A model generated the notes under the pieces. It ran no database searches, was not told where the DNA came from, and saw nothing but the letters and a program-made list of their open reading frames with translations. A stretch of 64,000 nt of DNA, from assembly GCA_041661645.1 (NCBI GenBank), contig JBAZUA010000002.1, forward strand, positions 97,944-161,943, in the 5' to 3' direction. Each line of letters opens with the position of its first letter. Within the stretch, counting starts at the first letter, position 1. A program made the translations under genes and the position numbers. This document shows positions 1 to 9,203 of the stretch, piece by piece. The stretch comes from Minisyncoccota bacterium. GTDB lineage: Bacteria; Patescibacteriota; Minisyncoccia; Phycocordibacterales; UBA6065.

Positions 1-1350
1 GCGGGGCCTGATGATGCTCTGGTTCAGGTCGCTTGGCTCGAATATCTTCACGTCTGTCTTGGCGCCCATGGCCCCCCAGTCCTGCTCGATGTGCTTGGCC
101 GCCTCGACGAGCTCTGGAATGTTCGCCGTCGAGAGGGAGAAGGAGAGAGTGGTCGTTCCTGACTTTCCCTTGAGCTCGAGGGGACCGTCATCCGAGACTT
201 TCTTCCAGCCGTCCTTGGAGAGGATCGTTCTGGCCTTGTCCAGATCGCTTGCGATGGACGAGGTTGCCTTGTCCGTTGGCTCGGTACTTGTCGCCGGCGG
301 CAGGGGTTCGTTCGCCACGTTTCCGTACCCAAAGAGCACGTTGTCGATGATCTCCTGCTTGTCGATCGAGAGGCCCAGGGCCTGGCGTACGGGCTTGTGG
401 GCGAGGAGCTCCTTGTTGTTCTGATTAAAGAATATTCCGAAGACGCGAGTCAGCGGCGCCTCGATGATGCGGGTGCTGTCGGCGAGCGCCTTTGCCGATG
501 TCGGGCTGAGGTTCGAGCCGCTTTCGACGGCGCCGCCGTGGATTGCATCCTGAAGGGATCTGTCATTCGCATAAAAGGTAAAGGAAATTGAGCTGACATG
601 GGGCTGTCCCAAGGCGTATGAGCGATTGGCCGCGAGCTCTATGGATGTCGGTATGCCCTGATTGGAGCGGCTCACCGACGACACCTTGTAGGGGCCTGAT
701 CCGACAGGCTCGACGTTGAAGGAGCTGAATGGGAACTGGTCGCTCTGGAAGGCCTGCCAGATGTGCTTGGGCAATATGCCCATGGTCAGATTCGACATGA
801 AGGGGGCATAGGGTTTCTTGAGAACGAACGATATCTGGTCCGTGCCCGTTTTCTCCACGGTCACTCCGTCCCAGTTTATCTGGCGGGGGCTCTTGAGGGC
901 ATTGTCCTGGGCCTTGAGGACGGTGAACTCGACGTCATCGGCGGTCACGGGCTTTCCGTCATGGAACCTGGCGTTTGCCCGAATGACGAAGGAATAGGTG
1001 AGGCCGTCATCCGATACCGAATATGTCTCGGCGAGGTCAGGAATGAAGTCTCCCGACGAGGTTCGCCTGAGCAGCCCTGAATACACAAGGGACGAGAGGT
1101 CCTTGTCGGCATCGGACGATGCCAGAAGGGGGTTTATGAAGCGCGGCGTGCCGATGATGCCCTCGGAGAGCGATCCGCCGTAGGCAGGAATCTCGATGGA
1201 AAACTCGTCGCTCACCTTGTGAAGTATTGAAATGGCGCCCAGGGCGAACATGCCCGCAGCCACGAGAAAGGCAACCTTTTCCGTGATGGAAAGGGATTGA
1301 AAGAGAGCCTTTGGTTTGAGAAAATCCTTGAGGGGAGAGCCTTGGTCCAT
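1..1350 (-). CDS. ABC transporter peptide/oligopeptide substrate-binding protein (family 5), runs off window start
   Basis: Manual translation from ATG at 1350: N-terminal TM segment, then EGIIGTPRFINP, LVYSGL, FHDGKPVTADDVEFT, PVGSGPY motifs typical of SBP family 5. Confidence 0.85.
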   Translation of the reverse strand, partial: MDQGSPLKDFLKPKALFQSLSITEKVAFLVAAGMFALGAISILHKVSDEFSIEIPAYGGSLSEGIIGTPRFINPLLASSDADKDLSSLVYSGLLRRTSSGDFIPDLAETYSVSDDGLTYSFVIRANARFHDGKPVTADDVEFTVLKAQDNALKSPRQINWDGVTVEKTGTDQISFVLKKPYAPFMSNLTMGILPKHIWQAFQSDQFPFSSFNVEPVGSGPYKVSSVSRSNQGIPTSIELAANRSYALGQPHVSSISFTFYANDRSLQDAIHGGAVESGSNLSPTSAKALADSTRIIEAPLTRVFGIFFNQNNKELLAHKPVRQALGLSIDKQEIIDNVLFGYGNVANEPLPPATSTEPTDKATSSIASDLDKARTILSKDGWKKVSDDGPLELKGKSGTTTLSFSLSTANIPELVEAAKHIEQDWGAMGAKTDVKIFEPSDLNQSIIRPR

Positions 1351-1400
1351 GAGGTCCTGCTGGGCAGGCGTTGATGAATGTATAGTGTGAGAGGCGACTT

Positions 1401-1634
1401 CTAGAGCACGAGCGCGGCGAAGGCCGAGAGGGCGAAAAGCACTCCGAGGACGATGGTGGAGACGAAAAGGAGCTTCTCGAAGCCTCTTCGGGTGTGGAAT
1501 ACCGAGCTCATGTTGTCAGTGCCGCCGAGGGCCCCTCCGTTTGCGGCGCCAGACTGCTGAAGCAGTATTGCGATTATAAGGAGGGCCGAAATGGCGATCT
1601 GCACATACGGTAATATGCTAGAAATCGTGCTCAT
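1401..1634 (-). CDS. secG: Preprotein translocase subunit SecG
   Basis: Two TM helices with ILLQQSGA..GG and TRRGFEK motifs. Confidence 0.9.
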   Translation of the reverse strand: MSTISSILPYVQIAISALLIIAILLQQSGAANGGALGGTDNMSSVFHTRRGFEKLLFVSTIVLGVLFALSAFAALVL

Positions 1635-1699
1635 GGGGTATAGCCTATCACGAAGCTCATGCGGCTGCAAATCCTTTGTGATATAGTTGGCTTTTCCCC

Positions 1700-2338
1700 A
1701 TGGACAAGAAACAGAACCCTATATTTACCTTTCTCGACCGATTTCTCGACGTTCCCGAGGCCAAGGTAACCTATCTCACCAAGGTCACCTGGATCGACCG
1801 CGTCATGGCCAAGGTCTTCCTTCCGTTTCTTCCCGCAGGCCTCACGCCAAACCATATAACCAAGTTCAGGCTGATATCGGTCCCGTTTGTCGCCCTGCTC
1901 TTGGCTCTCGACATGTACCTTGCTGGCACCATCCTTTTCCTCTTTGCCGCGTTTTCTGATGCCCTTGACGGCGCCCTGGCTCGAACCAAGAAGCTCGTCA
2001 CCACCTGGGGTACGCTCTATGACCCGATTGCCGACAAGCTCCTCGTGGGCACGGTTGCGACCATCGTCATATCAAAGCACATCAGTCTCTACCTGGCCCT
2101 CGCCATCATAGTCATCGAGATACTGCTCGTCTCCTTCGCCTATTACAGGTACAAGGGCAGGATCGTGCCGGCCAAGACCATGGGCAAGACCAAGATGGTT
2201 CTCCAGTGCGTCGGCATACTCCTGCTCCTTTTCTACATACTGTCGGGGATTCCGGCCCTTCTTGTCGCCGCCACCTACGTGCTCTATGGGGCCGTCCTGT
2301 TCGCCTTGCTCTCGCTCTTTGTTTTTCGCTCGATTTAG
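1700..2338 (+). CDS. CDP-alcohol phosphatidyltransferase (PgsA-like)
   Basis: TPNHIT..R and SDALDGALAR...G..YDPIADK signature. Confidence 0.9.
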   Translation: MDKKQNPIFTFLDRFLDVPEAKVTYLTKVTWIDRVMAKVFLPFLPAGLTPNHITKFRLISVPFVALLLALDMYLAGTILFLFAAFSDALDGALARTKKLVTTWGTLYDPIADKLLVGTVATIVISKHISLYLALAIIVIEILLVSFAYYRYKGRIVPAKTMGKTKMVLQCVGILLLLFYILSGIPALLVAATYVLYGAVLFALLSLFVFRSI

Positions 2339-2355
2339 TCCATACTTATACCCAT

Positions 2356-2910
2356 ATGAAGAAAACAATAATCGCATTGGTAGTCGTGGCGGTCTTGGTT
2401 GTCGGATACGGATTTGTCACCTATAACAAGCTGGTTATGTCATCCGAGGGCGTAACCACACAGTGGGCGCAGGTGGAGACCCAGTATCAGAGGCGCTTTG
2501 ACCTCATCCCGAGCCTCGTGAACGCCGTGAAGGGCGTCATGAAGCAGGAGACCGCCGTGTTCGGTGCCATTGCCGATGCTCGTACTCATTATGCGGGTGC
2601 TGCAAACGCTAACCAGAAGGCCGAGGCGGCAAGCGAGGTCGAGTCGGCATATGCCCGACTCCTCGTCGTCATGGAGAATTACCCGACCCTCAAGTCATCC
2701 GACGCCGTTCAGACCCTCATGGCCCAGATCGAAGGCACCGAGAACCGCATATCTGTCGAGCGCAGCCGCTACAATGACTCCGTCCGAGCCTACAATCTCA
2801 TAGCGAAGAGCTTTCCGAGCTCGGTCGCTGCCGGAATATTTGGCTATGACGTCAAGGCTTACTTCCAGGGCGCGGCAGGGACCGAAACGGCCCCTGTGGT
2901 AAATTTCTAA
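2356..2910 (+). CDS. lemA: LemA family protein
   Basis: N-terminal TM, WAQVETQYQRRFDLIP, ENYPTLKS, EGTENRISVER motifs. Confidence 0.93.
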   Translation: MKKTIIALVVVAVLVVGYGFVTYNKLVMSSEGVTTQWAQVETQYQRRFDLIPSLVNAVKGVMKQETAVFGAIADARTHYAGAANANQKAEAASEVESAYARLLVVMENYPTLKSSDAVQTLMAQIEGTENRISVERSRYNDSVRAYNLIAKSFPSSVAAGIFGYDVKAYFQGAAGTETAPVVNF

Positions 2911-2920
2911 CACTGACTAC

Positions 2921-3667
2921 ATGAAGAGAACTCTCTTCGCCATACTCCTGGGACTGTGCGTCGCACAGCCCCTTTTGGCGTATGAGAGCCCGGGCAAGCC
3001 CGCAGGCTTCGTCAATGACTTTGCCGGGGTGATGACTTCGGCGCAGAAGGCCGCCCTTGAAAACAAGGTCGGTAATTTCGAGCGTCCCGCAGGCGTCGAG
3101 CTGTCAGTGGTGACGGTAAAGTCCCTTGGCGGCGACACCGTTGAGAATTTTGCCGAGAAGCTTTTCCAGGAATGGGGCATAGGCAAGAAGAAGGTAGATA
3201 ACGGCATATTGTTCCTCGTCGCGCCGGACGACCGTCAGGTGCGCATCGAGGTTGGCTATGGCATGGAGCCTGTGGTGACCGACGCGGCGTCGTCCATCGT
3301 CCTGCGTAAGATTGTCCTGCCTCAATTCTCGACGGGCAATTACTATGACGGCATAGACAAAGGTGTCGATGCGATAATCAAGCTGGTCGAGGGCGATCCC
3401 GAGATGGCGCGGTATGTGAAGGACAACACGACATCGGCCACGGCGGACGGGCAGGGTGCCTCGGGTCAGTCGGGCGAGGAGCCGAATGTCTTCGTGCTCA
3501 TCCTGGTCATCGTCATCGTGATCATACTTCTCTCGAGCAGGGGTGGCAGAAGTTTTCTTCTGGGTATGTTGCTTGGGGGCCTTGGCCGCGGCGGATCGGG
3601 TGGCGGGGGATTCGGCGGCTTCGGAGGCGGCAGGTCGGGCGGCGGCGGTGCGAGCGGGAGGTGGTAG
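2921..3667 (+). CDS. TPM domain protein (YgcG-like)
   Basis: VNDFAGV, WGIGKK..DNG, RIEVGYGME, Gly-rich C-terminus GGGGASGRW; usual LemA partner. Confidence 0.9.
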   Translation: MKRTLFAILLGLCVAQPLLAYESPGKPAGFVNDFAGVMTSAQKAALENKVGNFERPAGVELSVVTVKSLGGDTVENFAEKLFQEWGIGKKKVDNGILFLVAPDDRQVRIEVGYGMEPVVTDAASSIVLRKIVLPQFSTGNYYDGIDKGVDAIIKLVEGDPEMARYVKDNTTSATADGQGASGQSGEEPNVFVLILVIVIVIILLSSRGGRSFLLGMLLGGLGRGGSGGGGFGGFGGGRSGGGGASGRW

Positions 3668-3751
3668 GGCTGGGAAAAAGGCGGAAGGCTTTGCTTATCG
3701 GGGAAAATCGTATATCCTCAATGGGCTGAGTAGGGGTTTGATAGAAAAAAT

Positions 3752-3841
3752 GGAGAGATGGCAGAGTGGTCTAATGCACTACCTTGGAAAGGTAGCGTGC
3801 CTGAAAGGGTACCGGGAGTTCGAATCTCCCTCTCTCCGCCA
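3752..3841 (+). tRNA. tRNA-Ser(GGA)
   Basis: Acceptor GGAGAGA/TCTCTCC, anticodon arm CTACC-TTGGAAA-GGTAG, long variable arm, GTTCGAATC, encoded CCA. Confidence 0.97.
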
Positions 3842-3855
3842 ATATTTTAGAACAA

Positions 3856-3880
3856 AAAATCGCCCCCGAAAGGGCGATTT
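3856..3880. terminator. Hairpin after tRNA-Ser
   Basis: AAATCGCCC-CCGAAA-GGGCGATTT. Confidence 0.6.
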
Positions 3881-3996
3881 GCGTGTCCCAGTATCGTCCA
3901 ACGGATTCGTCGGGCGGAGACAAACGACGATCTGAGGGCCACCCTGAGGTTCGGCGGCTACTCTCTCGGGATCGCTGGGTGAGAGTTGTTCTAGAC

Positions 3997-4033
3997 AAGC
4001 CGTCCGTATATCCATACGGACGGCTTTTATTTT
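3997..4033 (+). terminator. Intrinsic terminator-like hairpin
   Basis: AAGCCGTCCGTAT...ATACGGACGGCTT followed by T-rich tract. Confidence 0.65.
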
Positions 4034-4049
4034 ATGGTATTATCAGACC

Positions 4050-4622
4050 ATGACCCCCCTCGCCACAATCTCAACTGCATTGTTCTCATGGGGAACATTG
4101 TTTATACAGGTAATCATTCTCGTGGGCGCCATCGTGCTGACCATGGTCATTTTCAGGCATCCGAGCGAGGCGCTGCACCGCCTGTCTCGCAAGGCCGCCG
4201 ACCATGCCTTCCTCTGGGGCTTCATCGTCAGCTTCGTGTCGCTCGTATCGAGCCTTTTCTATTCGAATATCGTCAATTTCCCGCCCTGCGAGCTGTGCTG
4301 GTGGCAAAGGGTCTTCCTCTATCCCCAGGCATTCCTGTTCGCCATCGCCCTCTACAACGAGAAGGTCAGGAAGGTTCAGGATGACATGGTTTTTCTCTAC
4401 AGCCTCGTGCTCTCGATCATAGGCGGTGGAATAGCCATCTTCCATTATTACGGCCAGATGTTCGCTCCAGGCCTTCTCGCCGCATGCCTCGCCGACGGCG
4501 TCTCATGCTCCCAGCTCTTCTTCGTCTCCTTCGGCTACATCACCATACCGATGATGTCCCTCACGGCATATGCTTTCCTCGTCTTCCTGTATTTCTTCCG
4601 TAAGCATCATCGAAAAGCCTAG
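4050..4622 (+). CDS. Disulfide bond formation protein B (DsbB/BdbC family)
   Basis: PCELCWWQR motif, second Cys pair, GYITIP, multiple TM helices. Confidence 0.9.
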   Translation: MTPLATISTALFSWGTLFIQVIILVGAIVLTMVIFRHPSEALHRLSRKAADHAFLWGFIVSFVSLVSSLFYSNIVNFPPCELCWWQRVFLYPQAFLFAIALYNEKVRKVQDDMVFLYSLVLSIIGGGIAIFHYYGQMFAPGLLAACLADGVSCSQLFFVSFGYITIPMMSLTAYAFLVFLYFFRKHHRKA

Positions 4623-4624
4623 CC

Positions 4625-5752
4625 ATGAGGAACGATACGGCGACGCTCTATCGAAACAAGACCATTCACGCGCTCTACGCGACCATCCTCAAGCCAATAT
4701 TTTTCAGGAATGACCCCGAGCTCGTCCATGACTGGATGACAAAGGCGGGAGTGCTTCTCGGCAGATATTCGCTTGGACGGGCCGTGACATCGGCTTTTTT
4801 TAATTATCGAAATCCATCCCTGCTCGGACAGACCATACGGGGCATGAGATTCGAGAATCCGATTGGTCTCTCTGCGGGATTCGACAAGAACGCGCAACTC
4901 GGAGACATTTTGCCGTCGGTCGGCTTCGGCTTTGTCGAGATGGGATCGATTACGGGCGAGCCATGCGAGGGCAATCCCAAGCCGCGTCTGTGGCGCATGC
5001 CGAAATCCAGGGGCCTTGTCGTCTATTACGGCCTCAAGAACGACGGCTGTGAGGCTATTGTCAGACGCCTTGAGGGTAAGAAATTCTCGATTCCTATCGG
5101 CATGAGCGTAGCCATGACCAACTGCATCGAGAACATGGACACGACCCCGGCCATCGCAGATTTTGCCAAGGCCTTCAGGGTCATGGAGCCGTATGCCGAT
5201 TATGTGACGGTGAACATAAGCTGCCCAAACACCGTGGGTGGGCAGCCTTTTGTCGCCCCCGACAAGCTTGAGGCCCTTTTCAGGGTCATCGACGCAATCC
5301 CCACGGAAAAGTCGGTGTTTATAAAGATCTCGCCCAACATGACCGATGCCGAGCTCGGGGCATTGCTTGACGTCGCCCGCTGCCATCGCATTCACGGCAT
5401 CGTCTGCGCCAACCTGACAAAGCCGCGCGACAATCCGAACATCGTCGATGCCGACGTTCCCAGGGTCGGGGGCATGAGTGGCAAGGTGGTCATGGACCTC
5501 TCTGACGAAATACTTGCCAAGATATACAAAAGGGAGGGGAAGAGATTCGTCCTGGTCGGTGCGGGCGGCGTGTTCACCGCCGAGGATGCCTACAAGAAGA
5601 TAAGGCTCGGCGCATCCCTCGTTCAGCTCATCACCGGCATGGTGTTCGAGGGTCCGCAGGCCATAGGCGAGATAAACAGGGGACTCGTCGCCCTGCTGAA
5701 GAGAGACGGCTTTTCCAACATAAGCCAAGCAATCGGAATCGATACTTGCTAG
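4625..5752 (+). CDS. pyrD: Dihydroorotate dehydrogenase, class 2-like
   Basis: DPELVH N-terminal helix, NPIGLSAGFDKN, GNPKPRLWR, NISCPNT, GGMSG, GASLVQ. Confidence 0.93.
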   Translation: MRNDTATLYRNKTIHALYATILKPIFFRNDPELVHDWMTKAGVLLGRYSLGRAVTSAFFNYRNPSLLGQTIRGMRFENPIGLSAGFDKNAQLGDILPSVGFGFVEMGSITGEPCEGNPKPRLWRMPKSRGLVVYYGLKNDGCEAIVRRLEGKKFSIPIGMSVAMTNCIENMDTTPAIADFAKAFRVMEPYADYVTVNISCPNTVGGQPFVAPDKLEALFRVIDAIPTEKSVFIKISPNMTDAELGALLDVARCHRIHGIVCANLTKPRDNPNIVDADVPRVGGMSGKVVMDLSDEILAKIYKREGKRFVLVGAGGVFTAEDAYKKIRLGASLVQLITGMVFEGPQAIGEINRGLVALLKRDGFSNISQAIGIDTC

Positions 5753-5762
5753 TATGTAACCT

Positions 5763-6737
5763 ATGAACAAAAGAGTTTTCATCACCAGACAGATTCCGGA
5801 CATCGCCGTAGAAATGCTTCGCGGCAAAGGCTATTCCGTGGAAATATATCCGAAGGACAAGGTCATTCCTCGCAGGGAATTGATTAAGACTCTTCACGGG
5901 GGTCAGTATGATGCCGTGCTTTCGCTCCTCACCGATACGATCGATGCCGAACTGTTCAACGCGGCGCCGTCAGTCAAACTATACGCGAATTACGCGACGG
6001 GCTTTGACAATATCGATCTCGTTGAGGCAAAGAAGCGCGGCATCATTGCGACCAATGCCCCTGCCGAGCTCTCGTCCGAGGCCGTCGCCGAGCACACCAT
6101 GGCCCTCGTCATGGCCCTTGCCACGAGGCTCGTCGAGGCGAATGACTTCGTCCGTGCCGGCAGATACGAGGGCTGGGCGCCGATGAACTTCGTCGGCACG
6201 GACTTCCACGGCAAGACCATCGGGCTCGTAGGCACGGGACATATCGGCGCCCGCGTCGCCTCGTTCGCAAGCGCCCTTGGCATGAAGGTCATTTATACGG
6301 ATGTGGTCAGGAACGAGCGCCTCGAGAAAGAGTGTTCCGCCATTTATTGTGCCTCGATAGAGGAGCTTCTCCCGAAGGCCGATTTCGTCAGCCTCCACGT
6401 GCCGCTCCTCGACTCGACCAGGCATCTTATGAACGAGAAGCGCCTACGCCTCATGAAGCCGACGGCATTTCTGGTCAACACGGCTCGGGGCGCCGTCATC
6501 GACGAGATGGCTTTGGAAATCGCCCTGCGCGACAAGGTCATCCGCGCGGCGGCCCTCGACGTGTTCGAGTTCGAGCCAAAGATATCCAAGGGCCTGCGAA
6601 GGCTCCCGAACGTCATATTGACCCCGCACATCGCCTCGGCCAGCATTGAGGCCCGCAATCAGATGGCTCAGATTGCCGCGCAGAACATCGTTGATTTTTT
6701 TGAAGGCAGGACGCCTCGTAACATCGTAAATCCCTAA
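5763..6737 (+). CDS. D-2-hydroxyacid dehydrogenase (glyoxylate reductase/D-glycerate dehydrogenase-like)
   Basis: GLVGTGHIG Rossmann motif, VNTARG, ALDVFEFEP, TPHIASA. Confidence 0.9.
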   Translation: MNKRVFITRQIPDIAVEMLRGKGYSVEIYPKDKVIPRRELIKTLHGGQYDAVLSLLTDTIDAELFNAAPSVKLYANYATGFDNIDLVEAKKRGIIATNAPAELSSEAVAEHTMALVMALATRLVEANDFVRAGRYEGWAPMNFVGTDFHGKTIGLVGTGHIGARVASFASALGMKVIYTDVVRNERLEKECSAIYCASIEELLPKADFVSLHVPLLDSTRHLMNEKRLRLMKPTAFLVNTARGAVIDEMALEIALRDKVIRAAALDVFEFEPKISKGLRRLPNVILTPHIASASIEARNQMAQIAAQNIVDFFEGRTPRNIVNP

Positions 6738-6741
6738 TACC

Positions 6742-7374
6742 ATGGCAGGAAAACTCATACTGGCGCGACATCACGAATCGGAATGGAACAAGCTCGGGAA
6801 ATGGACCGGTACCAGGGACCGACACCTCACCGAATATGGCTTTGCAAAATCCGCCGACATGGGCCTCCTCATCAAGGGCATGAAGATCGATGGTGCCTTC
6901 GCCTCGATGCAGGTTCGCTCGATAGAGACCCTCTCGTGCATGCTGAACGCCCTCGAGCTTTATCGCGTGCCGACCGAGCATTCGACGGCCCTGAACGAGC
7001 GCGATTACGGCGACTATACCGGCAAGAACAAATGGGAGATGGAGAAGATGCTCGGCGAGGAGGAGTACAAGAGGCTTCGTCGTGGCTGGGACTATCCGAT
7101 TCCGAAGGGCGAGTCGCTCAAGATGGTCTATGACCGCGCCGTTCCGTACTTCTTGGACAGGATTCTCCCCCTCGTGAACGATGGCAAGAACGTCCTCGTC
7201 GTGGCACACGGCAATTCGCTTCGGGCAATTATCAAATACATCGAAAACTTGTCTGACGAGGTGATCGCCGACGTCGAAATGCCCTTTGGTGCCGTGATCA
7301 TATACGATCTCGAAGCGCAGGGACACCCGACAGGCAAGGAGACTAGATCAGTTGAATCACACGTAAACGCATGA
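6742..7374 (+). CDS. gpmA: 2,3-BPG-dependent phosphoglycerate mutase
   Basis: RHHESEWN, LNERDYG, GESLK, VAHGNSLR. Confidence 0.88.
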   Translation: MAGKLILARHHESEWNKLGKWTGTRDRHLTEYGFAKSADMGLLIKGMKIDGAFASMQVRSIETLSCMLNALELYRVPTEHSTALNERDYGDYTGKNKWEMEKMLGEEEYKRLRRGWDYPIPKGESLKMVYDRAVPYFLDRILPLVNDGKNVLVVAHGNSLRAIIKYIENLSDEVIADVEMPFGAVIIYDLEAQGHPTGKETRSVESHVNA

Positions 7375-8174
7375 CACATTCACGAGCGCAGATAGTGGCG
7401 ACGATAGGGCCAGCCTCAGATAATCCCGAGGTTTTGAGGGCAATGATAGGGCACGAGCTCGACGTCGTGCGCCTCAATTTCTCGTGGGGCGACAAGGCTG
7501 ACCGTGTCGAGCAGATTTCCCTTGTCAGAAAGATCGCCGCCGAGGCGAATCGCCGCATCCCCATCATCATTGACCTGCCTGGACCGCGAATACAGGAGCA
7601 TGGCTCTCACACATATGATCATTCCTCCGTCTCGGCTTTTACCGATGAAGACAGGGTGTTTGTAAGATTCGCGGCGGAACAGGGCGTTGAATACGTTGCC
7701 GTATCCTTCGTGGGCAATGCCCAGGACATGCGCGACTGCAAGGATTTCATACGGGGCCTTTCGGGAACCCAGAAGGTCATAGCAAAGATAGAACGCGCCG
7801 TGGCTCTCGAGTCGCTCGGCGAGATAATAGCCGAGTCAGACGCAGTCATGGTCGCCCGAGGGGACATGGGCAATGAGGTCCCGCTCGAGCAGATTCCCTT
7901 TGTGCAGGAACGAATCATCCGCGAGGCAAAGGCGGCGGGGAAGCCGGTCATCACTGCCACTCAGATGCTTCTGTCCATGGTCAACTCGCCTGTGCCCACT
8001 CGAGCGGAGGTCACCGACGTGAGCAACGCCATACTCGAGGGCTCTGACGCGGTCATGCTTTCAGAGGAGTCTGCCGTCGGGAAGTATCCTGTCGAGACGG
8101 TTGCCATGATGGAGAGAATCGTCATCGAGGCGGAGCGGCACCTGGCCGGGAAGCTCGCCTTCAATCACCTCTAG
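7371..8174 (+). CDS. pyk: Pyruvate kinase, short form
   Basis: IVATIGPAS, RLNFSWG, IAKIE, MVARGDMG, TATQML, PTRAEVTDV, DAVMLSEESAVGKYP. Confidence 0.9.
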   Translation: MTHSRAQIVATIGPASDNPEVLRAMIGHELDVVRLNFSWGDKADRVEQISLVRKIAAEANRRIPIIIDLPGPRIQEHGSHTYDHSSVSAFTDEDRVFVRFAAEQGVEYVAVSFVGNAQDMRDCKDFIRGLSGTQKVIAKIERAVALESLGEIIAESDAVMVARGDMGNEVPLEQIPFVQERIIREAKAAGKPVITATQMLLSMVNSPVPTRAEVTDVSNAILEGSDAVMLSEESAVGKYPVETVAMMERIVIEAERHLAGKLAFNHL

Positions 8175-8578
8175 TCCTTCTTTTCGTGATCCTTGATCTC
8201 CTGGATCTCCTGCTCTATGTGGGCGAGGGTGTCCTTTATCTCGCCGAAGGCGCTTTTCTCGATGCCGATCTCCTTTTGTATCTCGTCCTTGGTTTTTTCC
8301 GTCAGCTTCTTTTCCTTGCGGAGGCCGGTCAGTATGACGCTGTTTCCTATGAATGCCGAGACGAACACGCCGGTGATGAGGAGTATGATGCTGCCCACGA
8401 TGATCGAGACGCCGCTGTTCCTGATCAGGGGTATCTCGTCGGCAAGATGCCAGATTCCCCTCCAGAGGAGCACGACGCCGACGCTCGCTATGAGCGCATA
8501 GGTTATCGGATGCTCGCTCAGATGTCCCCGCACCTTGTCCTCTAATTTATCGAAAAAGTTGATGATGTATTTTAACAT
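8171..8578 (-). CDS. Hypothetical membrane protein with C-terminal coiled coil
   Basis: Two TM segments (VLLWRGIW) and a charged tail; fills the gap between genes. Confidence 0.75.
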   Translation of the reverse strand: MLKYIINFFDKLEDKVRGHLSEHPITYALIASVGVVLLWRGIWHLADEIPLIRNSGVSIIVGSIILLITGVFVSAFIGNSVILTGLRKEKKLTEKTKDEIQKEIGIEKSAFGEIKDTLAHIEQEIQEIKDHEKKD

Positions 8579-8620
8579 TGGGGATATGAATACCCCTCAG
8601 TATAATGGTATAATTGCCTT

Positions 8621-9187
8621 ATGTACACTGACGATTCTTTATCGACGTTCTCAAATTCGACCTATCAGGAGCTCGGTCGTAGGACCTTCTGGTTTTTCGT
8701 TTCCCAGAGGGTCGTGACGGGCATCTGCTTCCTCTTTCTCGCCCTCGTCCTTTCCGTGGCGCGGGCCGAGCATGTTGTCCCGGTTCAGGCGGTGGGCACG
8801 CTTCGTCTCGTGTCGTGGGCTTTTTTCGCCATCGCTCTGATCGCCCTTCTCACAGCCTTCATATCAAGCAGGCTTCTCTATAAGAGCTCCGGCTTCATGT
8901 GCTCGGATGACTCCCTCCGCATAAAGAGGGGGATCATGACCATCCAGGAGGTTGCCATCCCATACCGACAGATACAGAACATAGAGATCGAACGCACGTT
9001 CCGTCAGCGCATGCTGGGCCTCAGTCGTCTCGTCATATACACGGCAAGCCGGGATGACGAGGGTGGCTCAAAGGATCTTCGCGAGGAAGGCGTGATTCCA
9101 TCCATAGACGAGGATATCGCCGTCAGGCTTCAGAACGAGCTTCTGAAGAGGGCGAACGTTCAGAAGGTTGTGCAGATTACCGGATAA
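8621..9187 (+). CDS. PH domain (bPH_2/YdbS-like) membrane protein
   Basis: Two TMs then IKRGI...IPYRQIQNIEI.RTFRQRMLGLS. Confidence 0.8.
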   Translation: MYTDDSLSTFSNSTYQELGRRTFWFFVSQRVVTGICFLFLALVLSVARAEHVVPVQAVGTLRLVSWAFFAIALIALLTAFISSRLLYKSSGFMCSDDSLRIKRGIMTIQEVAIPYRQIQNIEIERTFRQRMLGLSRLVIYTASRDDEGGSKDLREEGVIPSIDEDIAVRLQNELLKRANVQKVVQITG

Positions 9188-9203
9188 CATTTCATCTAAA
9201 AAC

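Noticed and set aside
3752-3841. tRNA-Ser (or tRNA-Thr at 22421) as an island integration site
   Set aside because: No duplicated tRNA 3' end noticed, and flanking genes are housekeeping
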